Shown here: positions 50,943 to 62,700 of the stretch, piece by piece
Numbering within the stretch: the stretch's first letter is position 1
Layout: each line of letters starts with the position of its first letter
Source of the DNA: Verrucomicrobiota bacterium
GTDB taxonomy: Bacteria > Verrucomicrobiota > Verrucomicrobiia > Limisphaerales > AAA164-E04
Length of the DNA: 64,000 bases
Direction of reading: 5' to 3'
NCBI GenBank assembly: GCA_047947115.1
Contig: CP170459.1
Location: 3,520,001 to 3,584,000 of the forward strand
Made by a program: the position numbers and the translations under genes
Notes under the pieces: generated by a model
Told to the model about the DNA's origin: nothing
The model's database searches: none
What the model saw: the letters and a program-made list of their open reading frames with translations, nothing else

Positions 50943-52118
50943 ATGTATGTCACTCATGTCATCACTCGCCTGATTGTCGGTGGCGCACAGGAAAATACGA
51001 TCTCCACGGTACTTGGCTTGAAGGAAAAGCCTGGTATTCAAGTGGACCTGATCTCCGGGCCAACCTCCACCACATCGCCGGAAGGATCGCTGGAACGAAC
51101 TCTTGACGTTGTTCCCGGCATCCTGCATATCGAACCCCACCTGGTAAGGCAGGTTTCTCCCTGGCGCGAGGTTTTGGCTTTCCGTAATCTCAAGCGGCGA
51201 TTTAAAGAAACCCGGCCCGACATTGTTCATACCCATAGTGGCAAAGCTGGTATCATTGGTCGCATGGCCGCCAACGCCGCAGGGGTCCCTTGTATCATTC
51301 ATGGCATCCATGGTCCGTCCTTTGGGCCATTTCAGGGAGCCATTTCCAATAAGGTGTTCCTCACCGCCGAAAGAATGGCGGGCCAGGTGACGGATCATTT
51401 CGTGGGGGTGGCGGATGCCATGTGTCGACAATATCTGGATGCCGGCATCGGGACACCGGATCAATACAGCACCGTTTACAGCGGATTTGATTTAAGCGCC
51501 TTTCTTGCCTCAGAACCGTCCCCTGAACTGAAGTCCAAATACGGGATCAAACCGGACGACTTTGTCGTAGGAAAAATAGCCCGGCTATTTGAACTCAAAG
51601 GGCATGATCAGATCTTTGAAGTGTTTCCGGAAATGGTGAAACAGATTCCCAATATCAAACTTTTGCTGGTCGGGGGAGGGCCGTTTCGAGAACGGTTTGA
51701 AACCCAGTTGGAAGAGATGGGATTGAGAGATCGTGTTGTATTTACCGGTCTTGTACCTCCGTGTGAAGTTCCAGGATTGGTGGGCATCATGGATGCGTTG
51801 GTGCACCTCTCCCAACGTGAGGGTCTGCCGCGAGCACTTCCGCAGGCCATGGCCGCGGGTAAGCCTGTCATTTCCCTCAATCTGGACGGTGCCCCCGAAG
51901 TCTGTATCACAGGGACGACAGGCTACTTGCTTAAGGAACATATTCACGACCATTTGATCCAGTCCCTGGTTGAGCTACAGCAAAACCCGGAACTCAGAAG
52001 AAATCTGGGGGAGCAGGGGCGTGAGTTGGTCAGGAAGAGATTTGCCATCAGCACCATGGTGGATGAAATTGAATCACTCTACTGGCAATTGAATGAGCGT
52101 AAGAAATCCAAGAAATGA
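50943..52118 (+). CDS. Glycosyltransferase family 4
   Basis: GGAQEN, HTHSGKAG, KGHD, EGLPRALPQAMAAGKP. Confidence 0.9.
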   Translation: MYVTHVITRLIVGGAQENTISTVLGLKEKPGIQVDLISGPTSTTSPEGSLERTLDVVPGILHIEPHLVRQVSPWREVLAFRNLKRRFKETRPDIVHTHSGKAGIIGRMAANAAGVPCIIHGIHGPSFGPFQGAISNKVFLTAERMAGQVTDHFVGVADAMCRQYLDAGIGTPDQYSTVYSGFDLSAFLASEPSPELKSKYGIKPDDFVVGKIARLFELKGHDQIFEVFPEMVKQIPNIKLLLVGGGPFRERFETQLEEMGLRDRVVFTGLVPPCEVPGLVGIMDALVHLSQREGLPRALPQAMAAGKPVISLNLDGAPEVCITGTTGYLLKEHIHDHLIQSLVELQQNPELRRNLGEQGRELVRKRFAISTMVDEIESLYWQLNERKKSKK

Positions 52119-52531
52119 AGTGGCAAATTTCACGGACTGTCGAATTGAACCTCCAAAAATCCCGAAAGTTTGAATCGCGTCTGTTTATTCTTTCAAAGCC
52201 GGCCAAAAGTTTTAAGGAACGTCAACCAAATCCGAGAAACTGACAAAAGCCAAAAACCCGCAACCAAACCGCCTTCCGGATGTTCTATCAAATCACGACC
52301 ATTCGATTATATCGCAAAAAAATCCACTGATGCCCTGGAATCATGGGGCATCCCATGCTGCGAGTTTCATAGGTGTGTATCTTTGTGGGGATTTGGATGG
52401 TATCGCCGAAGTCCATTCCCGGATGGTTTGGGAGTCGGGGGGGTGAAATGAAAAAGATCGCCGTGAAAAAAGGCGAGAGCATGTTCCACCTTGCTGTTGA
52501 AGATTTGGTTGGGATTGGGTAGTTCTAGGGG

Positions 52532-53626
52532 ATGCGGTTTATCGGTACCATCATTGAAAAGCTACAGCGGCATCCCAAACGGATTGTTTTTCCGGAAGGG
52601 CATGAGCCTCGGGTGTTGCAGACCGCGAGACAATTTCACGCATTACGGCTCGGGGTGCCTATTCTTCTGGGGGATCGGACGCGGATCAAGGAGGCTGCTT
52701 CCGCACTGGGACTTGGGCTGGAGGGGATTCGCATCATTAACCCTGAAACCAGCGAGGATCTTGAGAATTTTGCCGATCGTTATCTCAAGCTCAGGCAGGG
52801 TAAAGGTGTCACGGAAGAGGCCGCTCATCAGGCCATGTTGCAGCCAAATTATTACGGTTCCATGATGGTGGCCATGCATCAGGCAGACGGTCTGATCTCC
52901 GGTACGGCCGAGTATTCGGGGAGTGTGCTGCGCCCGTTGTTTCGCATCATCAAGGTGGCTCCGAATACTTCGACGGCTTCCAGTTGTATGATCATGGAGG
53001 TTGAGGATACGCGGTTTGGCGATAATGGGGTGTTGTTTTTTGCAGATTGTGGTGTGATCCCGGATCCAAGCGCCGAGCAACTGGCTGATATCGCCTTTTC
53101 GACTGCCAATCTGGCAAAACATTTGCTTGGTACCCGGCCTCGTGTGGCCATGCTTTCCTATTCCACAAAAGGGAGCGCCGATCATCCAAGTATTCTCAAG
53201 ATTCGGGCGGCCACCCAGTTAGCCACCCAGAAAGCGGCGGCTTGTGGTTTGGTGGCTGATTTCGACGGTGAAATTCAGGTGGATGCAGCACTGGTGGCTG
53301 ATGTTGCCAAGGTGAAATCCCAGGATTCGCTGGTTGCGGGACAGGCCAATGTCCTGATTTTTCCGGATCTCAATTCGGGTAATATTGCCAGCAAGCTGTT
53401 GAAACACATTTCGCGGGCCAATGCCTACGGTCAGATCCTGCTGGGCCTGGATCGTCCGGCAGCGGATGTGTCGCGCGGGTCGAATGCACACGATATATTG
53501 GGTGTATCGGCGATCGTTGGCCTGCAGTCGATTGAATACAACGCGCTGTTTCCTGGCGCCGGTCAGGTTTTGCCGGGAGAGAAGTCCGGTAACAGTTCCA
53601 TCTCGATCCCGGATGCATCTCACTGA
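52532..53626 (+). CDS. pta: Phosphate acetyl/acyltransferase, catalytic PTA_PTB domain only
   Basis: RIVFPEG, FADCGV, AMLSYST, DGEIQVDAA, IFPDLNSGNI, DVSRG. Confidence 0.85.
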   Translation: MRFIGTIIEKLQRHPKRIVFPEGHEPRVLQTARQFHALRLGVPILLGDRTRIKEAASALGLGLEGIRIINPETSEDLENFADRYLKLRQGKGVTEEAAHQAMLQPNYYGSMMVAMHQADGLISGTAEYSGSVLRPLFRIIKVAPNTSTASSCMIMEVEDTRFGDNGVLFFADCGVIPDPSAEQLADIAFSTANLAKHLLGTRPRVAMLSYSTKGSADHPSILKIRAATQLATQKAAACGLVADFDGEIQVDAALVADVAKVKSQDSLVAGQANVLIFPDLNSGNIASKLLKHISRANAYGQILLGLDRPAADVSRGSNAHDILGVSAIVGLQSIEYNALFPGAGQVLPGEKSGNSSISIPDASH

Positions 53627-53646
53627 TTAAACGACTTGGATTCCAT

Positions 53647-54756
53647 ATGAAGAATATTGTCACTCCGCGCGTTTTCATTGCTGCCACGCGTCAAAATGAC
53701 GGCAAAACGACCACCTCTCTGGGGTTGCTTTCGGCACTCAAAAAGTATTATCCCAGAATTGGCTACATCAAGCCCGTGGGGCAGCGTTTTGTTGAGGTGA
53801 AGGAGCACAAGATCGATGAGGATTCGTTTCTGATGGACAAGGTTTACAGCTTGAACTGTCCATTGCCTGAAATGAGTCCCATTGCCGTGGCATCCGATTT
53901 TACCAGGAATTACCTCAAATCAGCGAATCAGGAACAATTGGTCAAGAGGGTATGGCAGGCATTCGATCGTGTGGCGTGGGAGAAGGATTTTGTGTTGTGC
54001 GAAGGCACGGGACACGCCGGGGTTGGATCGGTTTTTGATCTCTCCAATGCCACCGTAGCGCGCATCCTTAATGCCAAGGTCGTTTTGGTAACCCAGGGTG
54101 GTATCGGGCGGCCCATTGATGAGGTGGCCTTGAATCAGGCGCTTTTTGAAAAAGATGGGGTGGAGATCATAGGAGTGATCCTGAACAAGGTGAGGCAGGA
54201 CAAGGTGGAATACATTACCGAATTTGCCAGGAAAGGCCTGGAACGAAAAGGGCTTCGCCTGCTTGGGGTGATTCCGCATCAACGCATGCTTTCGAGTCCC
54301 ACCATGGAATTGATCCGCGACGAACTGAAAGCCCAGGCAATCAACAAATCCACCCAGATTCACAATATTGTGGACAACGTCGTGGTGGCCGCCATGAGTG
54401 CCCCAAATGCCCGTAAATTTTTCAAGCCCGGCTCTCTCATGATCATGCCCGCCGACAGGGAGGATCTTATAGAGACAGCAGCCATCCCTTTTGAAAACGG
54501 GATCCCGACAAAGTTGTCCGGCATCGTCCTGACCGATGATATTGAACCATCCAAACGAGTGATGGACATTCTCCGCAAGATGCCTTATCCGATCCTGATC
54601 ACCAAGGAGGACAGCTACCAGGTGGCCTCAACCGTGCATGATTTGATTGTAAAAACCCGTCCTGGTGACGGTGCCAAGATTGCTTTGATTCGTGACCTGG
54701 TGAAGACTCATGTCGATGTCAGCAGCATTGTTGATCGCACGGTTCGTTCTTACTAA
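53647..54756 (+). CDS. Stand-alone BioD-like (AAA_26) plus DRTGG domain, the N-terminal part of long Pta
   Basis: NDGKTT P-loop, GYIKPVG, LCEGTG, PADRED, GIVLT. Confidence 0.85.
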   Translation: MKNIVTPRVFIAATRQNDGKTTTSLGLLSALKKYYPRIGYIKPVGQRFVEVKEHKIDEDSFLMDKVYSLNCPLPEMSPIAVASDFTRNYLKSANQEQLVKRVWQAFDRVAWEKDFVLCEGTGHAGVGSVFDLSNATVARILNAKVVLVTQGGIGRPIDEVALNQALFEKDGVEIIGVILNKVRQDKVEYITEFARKGLERKGLRLLGVIPHQRMLSSPTMELIRDELKAQAINKSTQIHNIVDNVVVAAMSAPNARKFFKPGSLMIMPADREDLIETAAIPFENGIPTKLSGIVLTDDIEPSKRVMDILRKMPYPILITKEDSYQVASTVHDLIVKTRPGDGAKIALIRDLVKTHVDVSSIVDRTVRSY

Positions 54757-54768
54757 ATCCATTTTCAA

Positions 54769-55878
54769 ATGAAATCATTTCAAGTTCCAACGCAGGGACA
54801 TTTAAATTCCCTGCCTGTTTATCAACCCGGTCGTCCCATTGAAGAAGTGGCCCGTGAGCTGGGTATTCCGTTTGGCGACATCATCAAGCTGGCATCCAAT
54901 GAAAATCCATTGGGCCCCTCCGAGAAGGCGCTGCAGGCTATTCAGAAAGCGGCCAGGCAGGTGCATCTATATCCTGATGGAAATGCGTTTTATCTAAAGC
55001 AATGCATGTCCGAATGCCTGGGTATCCCCCAGGAATCCATCATTTTCAGCAATGGTTCCAACGAGTTGATAGAATGGATCGGGCATTTGTTATTGGATGC
55101 AGATTCCAATATCGTGGTGTCGCAATATTGTTTTGCCATCTATCCCATTGTTGCCGCCATGTTTGGGGCGAAGACAAATACCGTGCCGGCGGTCGATTAT
55201 GGGCACGATTTGAGAGCCATGGCCGATGCGGTGGACGAACGAACGAAAGCCGTCTTTGTGGCCAACCCCAATAATCCAACCGGGACCCTGGCATCAAGCG
55301 AAGAAGTGATGGCTTTTCTGGACCGCATTCCGGATCATGTGTTGATCGTCATGGATGAAGCCTACTACGAATTCCTGCCCCAACCCACTGATTTGCTGCC
55401 CTTGCTGAGGGACGGTGGCAAACCTAATCTGTTTTTGATGAGGACGTTTTCGAAGATTCATGGGTTGGCTGGGTTGCGGGTCGGCTACGGGATCGGGCAT
55501 CGTGATTTCATTCAAGTGATGGAGAAGGTCAGGCAACCCTTTAATGTGAACGCCTTGGCCCAAGCTGGAGCTCTTGCTGCTTTGGGGGATGTGGATCATG
55601 TTCAGCGGACCAGGGAGATTAATCAGGAAGGGATTGAATTTTTTCAAAACCAATTCGATACGCATGGGCTTGAGTATGTGCCGTCTCATGCCAATTTCGT
55701 ACTGGTCAAAGTGGGTGAGGGGAAACGGGTGTTCGAGGAGTTGCAAAAACAGGGAGTCATCACACGTCCCATGGCGGGGTATCAATTGCCGGAATGGATT
55801 CGTATCAGTATCGGGACTTCGTCGGAAAACGAGCGTTGCATGAATGCTTTGACCAAGGCACTGGGCTTGGTGGGCTAA
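54769..55878 (+). CDS. hisC: Histidinol-phosphate aminotransferase
   Basis: KLASNENP, NPNNPTG, DEAYYE, RTFSKIHGLAGLRVG. Confidence 0.93.
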   Translation: MKSFQVPTQGHLNSLPVYQPGRPIEEVARELGIPFGDIIKLASNENPLGPSEKALQAIQKAARQVHLYPDGNAFYLKQCMSECLGIPQESIIFSNGSNELIEWIGHLLLDADSNIVVSQYCFAIYPIVAAMFGAKTNTVPAVDYGHDLRAMADAVDERTKAVFVANPNNPTGTLASSEEVMAFLDRIPDHVLIVMDEAYYEFLPQPTDLLPLLRDGGKPNLFLMRTFSKIHGLAGLRVGYGIGHRDFIQVMEKVRQPFNVNALAQAGALAALGDVDHVQRTREINQEGIEFFQNQFDTHGLEYVPSHANFVLVKVGEGKRVFEELQKQGVITRPMAGYQLPEWIRISIGTSSENERCMNALTKALGLVG

Positions 55879-55887
55879 TATTAAATC

Positions 55888-57069
55888 TCAGTTCGCCCTG
55901 GGCCGGTAGTTGAAAAAAGCTTTAGGAAACCATCGGCGTAGAACCGCGAAGGGCAGGTGATCTGTCCAACACCGGGCTCTTGCCGGGACGGGGTGTCTGG
56001 AAATGCGGGGCAGTTCCTGGATACGGTTCAAGAAGGACATGAATTTATAATGATATTTGTCCTCCGCATACTCGTTGCTGATGGAAATGCCTTTGCCCCG
56101 TGCTTCTTCCACCTGCTCTGGTGGAAGTTCCTGCCATGCTTTCAAAGTGCTCGCGATGGATGCGTAGTCTTCGGGTTGATAGAGAAGGTCTGGATGAATG
56201 TTCTCCACCACTTTATCTCCGCCGCATTGGATGCGGGGAAAGATCGGGATACATCCCGCATTCAGGGCTTCCTGCATTGCCAGAGGTGATCCTTCAAAAT
56301 CGCTGGTGTATATCACGAAATCCCACGAAGACAGGATGCGCCAGTAATCCGATCCGGATTGTCTGCCGTGGAAGTGGATATGTTTCTTGTCCCTGAATGC
56401 CTGTTTCAACTCTGGTTCGGCGGTGCCGCTGCCCAGGAATTCCAGTTCGAAAGGGATCTTTTGCGTTTCAAGAACCTTCACCAGGGGAATGAAACGTTCC
56501 ACTCTCTTTTGCAGGTGATCCACCCTGCCGACAAATCCCAGGCGGAGTGGACGTACCCCCAGTGGAGGGCGCTTTGATTGAAGGTCGGGCGGGCATGTTT
56601 TGATGGGGACAGGAAGATGAATGGCGCGTTCCGGGCTGAGCGAAGGCATGTGCTTTTGAGCGAGGTCCGCGATGGCCTGGCTGTCGCAGAAGACCCCGTC
56701 CAGAAATCCGTCCAGTTGACTCAACTGATGTTCCAGGTGCGGCCAATGAGAATGGATTGCGCCCAACCTGAGTGAACAAGAATCCAGGTCTGCCAGAAAA
56801 GCCATGCCCCAGAGATCATGGTAAACACAGCAGTCATGCGTGACGCCACACTCACTGCTTTTGAATGCCTTTCTTGCTTTCAGGATGTTGGTTCGTCCGT
56901 TCCAGTTTAAACCTTGGACAGAGTAGGGGGTGTCGGGTTCTTCCTGGTCGAAAAACGCCAATAGGGATGAGCGCAGGCCGGCTTTAACGTCGTGATTGAG
57001 GTGCGTGGTCAGGATGGACTGAACGCCCCCCAGACTGGAAAAATGGGTGAAATAATGACGTATGTTCAT
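55888..57069 (-). CDS. Glycosyltransferase family 4
   Basis: LGGVQS, FVGRVDHLQKR, SDFEGSPLAMQEA; start taken at MNIRHYF. Confidence 0.8.
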   Translation of the reverse strand: MNIRHYFTHFSSLGGVQSILTTHLNHDVKAGLRSSLLAFFDQEEPDTPYSVQGLNWNGRTNILKARKAFKSSECGVTHDCCVYHDLWGMAFLADLDSCSLRLGAIHSHWPHLEHQLSQLDGFLDGVFCDSQAIADLAQKHMPSLSPERAIHLPVPIKTCPPDLQSKRPPLGVRPLRLGFVGRVDHLQKRVERFIPLVKVLETQKIPFELEFLGSGTAEPELKQAFRDKKHIHFHGRQSGSDYWRILSSWDFVIYTSDFEGSPLAMQEALNAGCIPIFPRIQCGGDKVVENIHPDLLYQPEDYASIASTLKAWQELPPEQVEEARGKGISISNEYAEDKYHYKFMSFLNRIQELPRISRHPVPARARCWTDHLPFAVLRRWFPKAFFNYRPRAN

Positions 57070-57194
57070 CGATCCAGCAGGATTCAGGTCACAACCCAAG
57101 GGAGGGCTGCTCCGAAAACGAAACACCCCGGAGCGATGTGCGTCCTGAGACGATATCACGATCCGGGGTGTGTGAAATCATGATCCAGAGACCA

Positions 57195-59336
57195 TTAAAC
57201 GGCTGCGTCCGATTCCAGGAAGCCCTGCAACTGGCGTATACGGGTCGGGTGACGCAGTTTGCGCAGACCTTTGGCCTCGATCTGTCGGATACGTTCGCGG
57301 GTGACCTTGAATTGTTTGCCGACTTCTTCGAGGGTGCGTGCATACCCGTCGTGGAGACCGAAGCGCAGCTCCAGAATCTTGCGTTCGCGTTCGGTGAGCG
57401 TCGTCAGGACGTCATTCAAACGTTCGCGCAGCAGGAGGTGGCTGGTCATGTCCGATGGGTTTTCAGCAGATTTGTCCTCAATGAAATCACCGAAATTGGC
57501 ATCACCGCTGTCCCCCACGGGAGATTCCAGGGAGATGGGCTGCTGGGCCATTTTGAGAACCGCACTGACACGATCGACCGGCAGGTTCATTTCATCGGCG
57601 ATTTCCTCAGCGGTAGGCTCGCGGCCGAATTCCTGCAACAACTGCTTCTGCACACGCATCAGCTTGTTGATGATTTCGATCATGTGGACCGGAATACGGA
57701 TGGTGCGCGCCTGGTCGGCGACGGATCGGGTGATGGCCTGGCGGATCCACCAGGTGGCGTAGGTCGAGAATTTGTAACCCCTGCGGTATTCGAACTTCTC
57801 AACACCTTTCATCAAGCCCATGTTCCCTTCCTGGATCAGGTCGAGGAAGGACAATCCACGGTTGGTATATTTCTTGGCGATGGAGATCACCAGACGCAGG
57901 TTGGCTTCCACCATTTCCGTCTTGGCCTGGTGAGCTTTGGCTGCGAATTCCTTCAACTGTTCATATGCCTCGAGGTAATCCGCGTGCGGCATGCGAACAA
58001 AAGCTTCGAGCGCCTGGATTTTCTGCTCCTCCATCTGGATGTAAGATTGCTGGTGCGTGGAGGATTTTTGACGGTTGAGATCGCTGATCAGGTCCAGGCT
58101 GGCGTGTATCTTTTCGAAAATGTTTTCGGTCACAAGCGTCATTTCCTCAATGACCTTTTGCTTGTAGTAAAACTTGCCGAACATGTTCTGCAGTTTTTTG
58201 TCCGCCTTCAGAAATTCGTCGTGATACTTTTCCTGTGTTTTCTTGCTGCCTGCCTTCTGCCATGCGGCATATTTTTCGTCGACCACCTGATCCTGTTCCC
58301 GTACCTGTTTCACCAGTCGGCGCAGGTATTTCAGGTGTTTGTCCCGGCTGTCGATCTTTTTATCCAGAATGACGCGGTCAAATCGTTCTTTCGGGGGTTC
58401 GGCGATGAGTTTTTCAGCCAGGGCAATATGTTCCTTTCCGGCAAAGCCCATGCTGTAAACGATTTTACGCTGAGCGATTTCGGCGTCTTCGATGCGTTTG
58501 CAGATTTCGACTTCCTGTTCGCGGGTGAGCAGAGGCACTTTACCCATCTGCTTCATATACATGCGAACGGGATCATCGAGGATGTCCAGACGGCCGGCAT
58601 CTTCCTCGTCGTTCTGGTCGTTTTTCTTGATGCGTTCGACTTCAGCTTGATCGACGATTTCGACGTCCAGATTACGCAGGCGATTGTAAACCTCTTCCAA
58701 GTCCTCCGGCGTAATGACCTCCTCGGGGAGCACTTCGTTGATGTCTCCATAGGTCAAATAACCCTGTTCCTGAGCGAGGCTGAGGAGTTCTTTGACGTAT
58801 TCGGTCAGGTTGACGCCTGATTTGCCGGATGGCGGGTTTAATTCTTCCAATTCCTCTTCGGTTTTGGATTTATTCTTGGATTTGTCTTTGGCCTTGGCTT
58901 TGGCCTGGCGCTGGATTTCTTCCAGAATGGATTTTGTGCGAGCGACTGCTTCTTTATTTTTTTTCGCTTTGCCGGCGTCATCACTTATGGCCTTTTTTTT
59001 GGTTGCTTTGGATTCCTTGCTGGCCGTCGCAGAGGGCGCTGCAGCTTTATTGCCAGCCGCCGCTTTGTCGCCAGCTTTGGTTTTGGCCGGTTTATTGGTG
59101 GTGACTTTGGCTGATTTTGTTGATTTGGGCTTTGCTGCAGCTTTTTTTGGCAAACTCTTTGATGCCGTGCTGGTTTTTGACTTGCTGCTGGTAGGGGCTT
59201 TGGCCGAATTAACTTTTCTTTTTTCGGTGTCGGCAGCTTTTTCTGGCTTGGTGGCTTTTTTGGTTACAGTGCTTGCCTTCGCCTTTTGAGGGGCGGATTT
59301 GGACTTGGCGGTTGTTGCCTTTGATTTTTTGACCAT
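57195..59336 (-). CDS. rpoD: Primary sigma factor with long Lys/Ala-rich N-terminal extension
   Basis: [47 protein letters not shown]. Confidence 0.97.
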   Translation of the reverse strand: MVKKSKATTAKSKSAPQKAKASTVTKKATKPEKAADTEKRKVNSAKAPTSSKSKTSTASKSLPKKAAAKPKSTKSAKVTTNKPAKTKAGDKAAAGNKAAAPSATASKESKATKKKAISDDAGKAKKNKEAVARTKSILEEIQRQAKAKAKDKSKNKSKTEEELEELNPPSGKSGVNLTEYVKELLSLAQEQGYLTYGDINEVLPEEVITPEDLEEVYNRLRNLDVEIVDQAEVERIKKNDQNDEEDAGRLDILDDPVRMYMKQMGKVPLLTREQEVEICKRIEDAEIAQRKIVYSMGFAGKEHIALAEKLIAEPPKERFDRVILDKKIDSRDKHLKYLRRLVKQVREQDQVVDEKYAAWQKAGSKKTQEKYHDEFLKADKKLQNMFGKFYYKQKVIEEMTLVTENIFEKIHASLDLISDLNRQKSSTHQQSYIQMEEQKIQALEAFVRMPHADYLEAYEQLKEFAAKAHQAKTEMVEANLRLVISIAKKYTNRGLSFLDLIQEGNMGLMKGVEKFEYRRGYKFSTYATWWIRQAITRSVADQARTIRIPVHMIEIINKLMRVQKQLLQEFGREPTAEEIADEMNLPVDRVSAVLKMAQQPISLESPVGDSGDANFGDFIEDKSAENPSDMTSHLLLRERLNDVLTTLTERERKILELRFGLHDGYARTLEEVGKQFKVTRERIRQIEAKGLRKLRHPTRIRQLQGFLESDAAV

Positions 59337-59731
59337 ATGGATTAACTGATAAAACTCATTCCCGCTCTTTATACTCTGCGGGTGATTTACGGGTTATTTG
59401 GCGCCTTGATCTAGGTTTTGTTGCGAATATAAGCAAAAATTTCCGCCCAACAAGGGACGAAAATCAAAACTTTAAATTAGGTCAAAGGCTGCGGACAGGT
59501 AATCCCGTTAATAGGGGGTATTGCGGCTTGTGTGTTTGATGCAGTTAAAATTTGCATGCGTCGCCGCCTCATTTGATTATGCCATTCCCATCGCCTTGGA
59601 CGCTTTCCGTTTGTTTCTATCGTCATCATGACAACGATTTTCAGCAAACGAAACACCTATACTTACCTTGTTGATCTTTCAAAATCAAGTTTTAGATTCG
59701 AAAAAATTAGCCACTCATCGGGGGCGCCGAG

Positions 59732-62700
59732 TTAATCTGACGGTGGCAGGGTTTTCAGTTTAATCTCCCGATTTGGAAAACGCTCCCTCAGAGACAAGTG
59801 AAATTGGTCTGCCCAGTAGGTCCAGTTCATGGATTGAAACAGTTCTATTCTCTGGCAAAGAAGCGAAAGGTCCTGGTCATCTTCCTTGATCAGTGGGCTG
59901 AGTCGATCCAGTGCTTTACCGAAGGAAGCTTCTCTCTGTGCCTCCCAAACCTCAAGAAGTCTGTAAACCCCTTCACTGGTGTCCACCCACGTTCGCAATT
60001 CGTCCAATGCCTCTTCAAATGCGGATGATCTTTCGTCCAAGCTCGATTCCAGCTGAGACAGGGAGCGGGCTTTGCGGTGCAGCAGGTCGAGGAAGTGTTC
60101 TCGATTTTCCTGCATTTGTTGATGCAATTCCTTTTCTGCGTGATTTTTCAGTTGGTGGCGCATGGAAAAGTAATTTCGAATGCTCCGGGTATCGATACCG
60201 GCAAGCATCTTATTCAAGTGCAGAATGAGCGAATCCAGGCCTGAGCTTTGGTTTTTTCCATCCAGGTGGGTCAACATGATGTCTTCCAGTTCTTTGGAAA
60301 AGGGACGCTTGGTAGTCAGGTTTTCGTACAGTGCATTGAATGTTTCAATGGATGCCGGGTTGCTGCTCATGTTTCTCAGATGGCGCACCTGGGTGTTCCA
60401 TAGCATCTCTTCCAAATCCTTACCTTGATCCGGAAGTGTGGTCGGATCTTCCTTGGCCGAGGGGATACCCGGTGTTGGGATCCAGGTGATCCTGGTGTTC
60501 AATTTGGCACCATGGTGTCGGTCGCTATCCAGCCATTGAAGGTCTCCTGTCAATGCGGAAACATGATTCTGTTGTGATTGGGCGTCCACCGAGTCACTTG
60601 GCACAAATAGCCAGAGGTTCTCCGTTTCGCCTCGATCAAAGGTGCGCCAGGGACTGTCTCCTTTCCTCAGAGCTGCGGCGCTGGATAAGGAGGTATTGAT
60701 CTGGATGGCGAGCGGGGAGGCGAGATTTTGATGGAGTACCAGCGGCATGTTTTTGATCCTTTCCAATAAGTCTCGGTCGTCATGCCAGATTTGCAAGGTG
60801 AGTGAGAGTGGGCCTTTGGGGACTGAAATCGGGTCTGTCCAGGCATCGTCCTGAACCAACAAACGTCCATGCTGATCCTCCAGCCTCCAAAGCAGTGAGC
60901 TGTAAGGGGAATCATATAGTAATTCTGACAGGCCGTGCCATTGCGGTGTGATGGGTTGATCTGTTGTGTTCTCCCAATGATAGACCATTTTCAGCACAGA
61001 CAAAGGTTCGTCGTTGACCAGCGGGTCTCTTGGGTCCTTGGACGCCTCAATGGCATGCTTGTGTGGGATCAACGAAAGCAGTCTTCCGGTCAGGTTTCCT
61101 CTGGGTTTGAGGTGGATTTGATCTTGAATGCCCTGGGCAGAGAGGGGAACGATCGTGTTCCCTGCCGGTATGACGAGCGATTCCTGAAACCGTCCTGTTC
61201 CCCTGAACCGAACATGCACCTTGAGATTCATCTCGCTTCGATTGGACCAATAGGAGGCAAAGGCCCATTCCATCGTACGATTGCCCGTTACAGGGATGCT
61301 TCCATGGTATTCAGAAAGCTCCTCGGCCCGGATATATTTTTTCCATTCATGTTCATTGAAACGCTTTTCGGGTTCCAGTTGCGTCGTATGGAGCGCCAGT
61401 CTGTCAAGGGGAGCCAACGATTCGCCTTCAATCGAGAACTCCGCCCATTGGGCCCAGGCTGGGGGGCTGAGAAAGAATCTGGAAACATCCCCCGGTTCAA
61501 GGGAAATTTCCTGTTGCCAGGTCTGCGAGGCGGAATCGTTTGTTGGATGTGGGACCATGGCGTGCACCGGGATGCGGAATAAGGGTTTGCCGGAATGCAT
61601 GTCTTTGCCCTGTATGTAGGATGCATAAGCTCCTGGTGACAAATGTCGGGTGTCCACCAGCACACTGATTTTTCCTTGCGTCCGGTGAATCAGCACGGAA
61701 TCAGGAAATTCAATCCAGTCCGCATCGGATTCAAGTGAAGCCCACACTTCGAATTCGGCTTTTTGTGACGGGGATATCTCCTCAGGAAAAATCGGTTCGA
61801 TGCTGATGCTGTGACGTGTGGGAACTTCGAGGTCTGCCCGTTCTCTGAGCAGGATTCCCCGGCCGGATGATTGACTTGAATTGCGAATTTCGTAACCCCG
61901 AATCACGGTGTCCTGTGCATCCTGGCAAAGTGCTTCAAACGCCGCTTCAACCCGGATCAGCCCAGCTCCCTGTGAAAAACGATCTATTTCCGGCATGAAC
62001 AGGGCGGCATTCTCGAGAGCCATCCGCACCTGATAGGGTTGCCAGTCGATGTGTTTCTGTTTCAGCCCGGAGAGAATCAGGGAGATGGAACCGCAAGCAT
62101 AGGGTGAAGCCATGGAGGTCCCATTCATCTGCATGGCGGGTTGCAGACTGGAGGTGGGTACCGGGGCAATCGCTCCTCCTGGCGCGCAAAGATTGACCCC
62201 CAGATCTCCGTCCAGAGTGGGGCCGCGCGAGGACCAGGTATAAAGGGTGTTTTGAGGTGCGTGTGAGATTCCGTACTGCAGCGGCATCATGGAACGATGC
62301 ACGTAAGCACCGATGGCCAGGATGGCCGAGGTGGTTCCTCCGGGGGCTCCGACGGTTGACAACGCCGGCCCCTCATTGCCGGCCGAGGCGACATAGATGA
62401 CATTGTGTTCATTGACCAGATGGTTCACCTGGTCGATGAACCATCCTTTGTTGGGGGTGGACGATGGTTCCCCGTAGCTCATGTTGATCAAATCACAATC
62501 CAGATCTCTGACCATTCTCAGGGCTCGTTGCAGGGCGATGCCCGTTTCCATGCCGTCGAGGTGGGTGTCGCCTATTTTGATGGAGACAATCTGAACTCCT
62601 GGCGCTATGCCGTTTCTTTCGGGGGCATCCGGGTAATAGGCACCGATCATGCCGGCAACATGTGTTCCGTGGGCACTCGATGGAACAACGATGGATAGCA

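Noticed and set aside
52119..52531. Small ORFs or ncRNA in the gap before pta
   Set aside because: No motifs, RBS or convincing structure
57138..58820. 560 aa plus-strand ORF
   Set aside because: Antisense shadow of rpoD with no recognisable motifs
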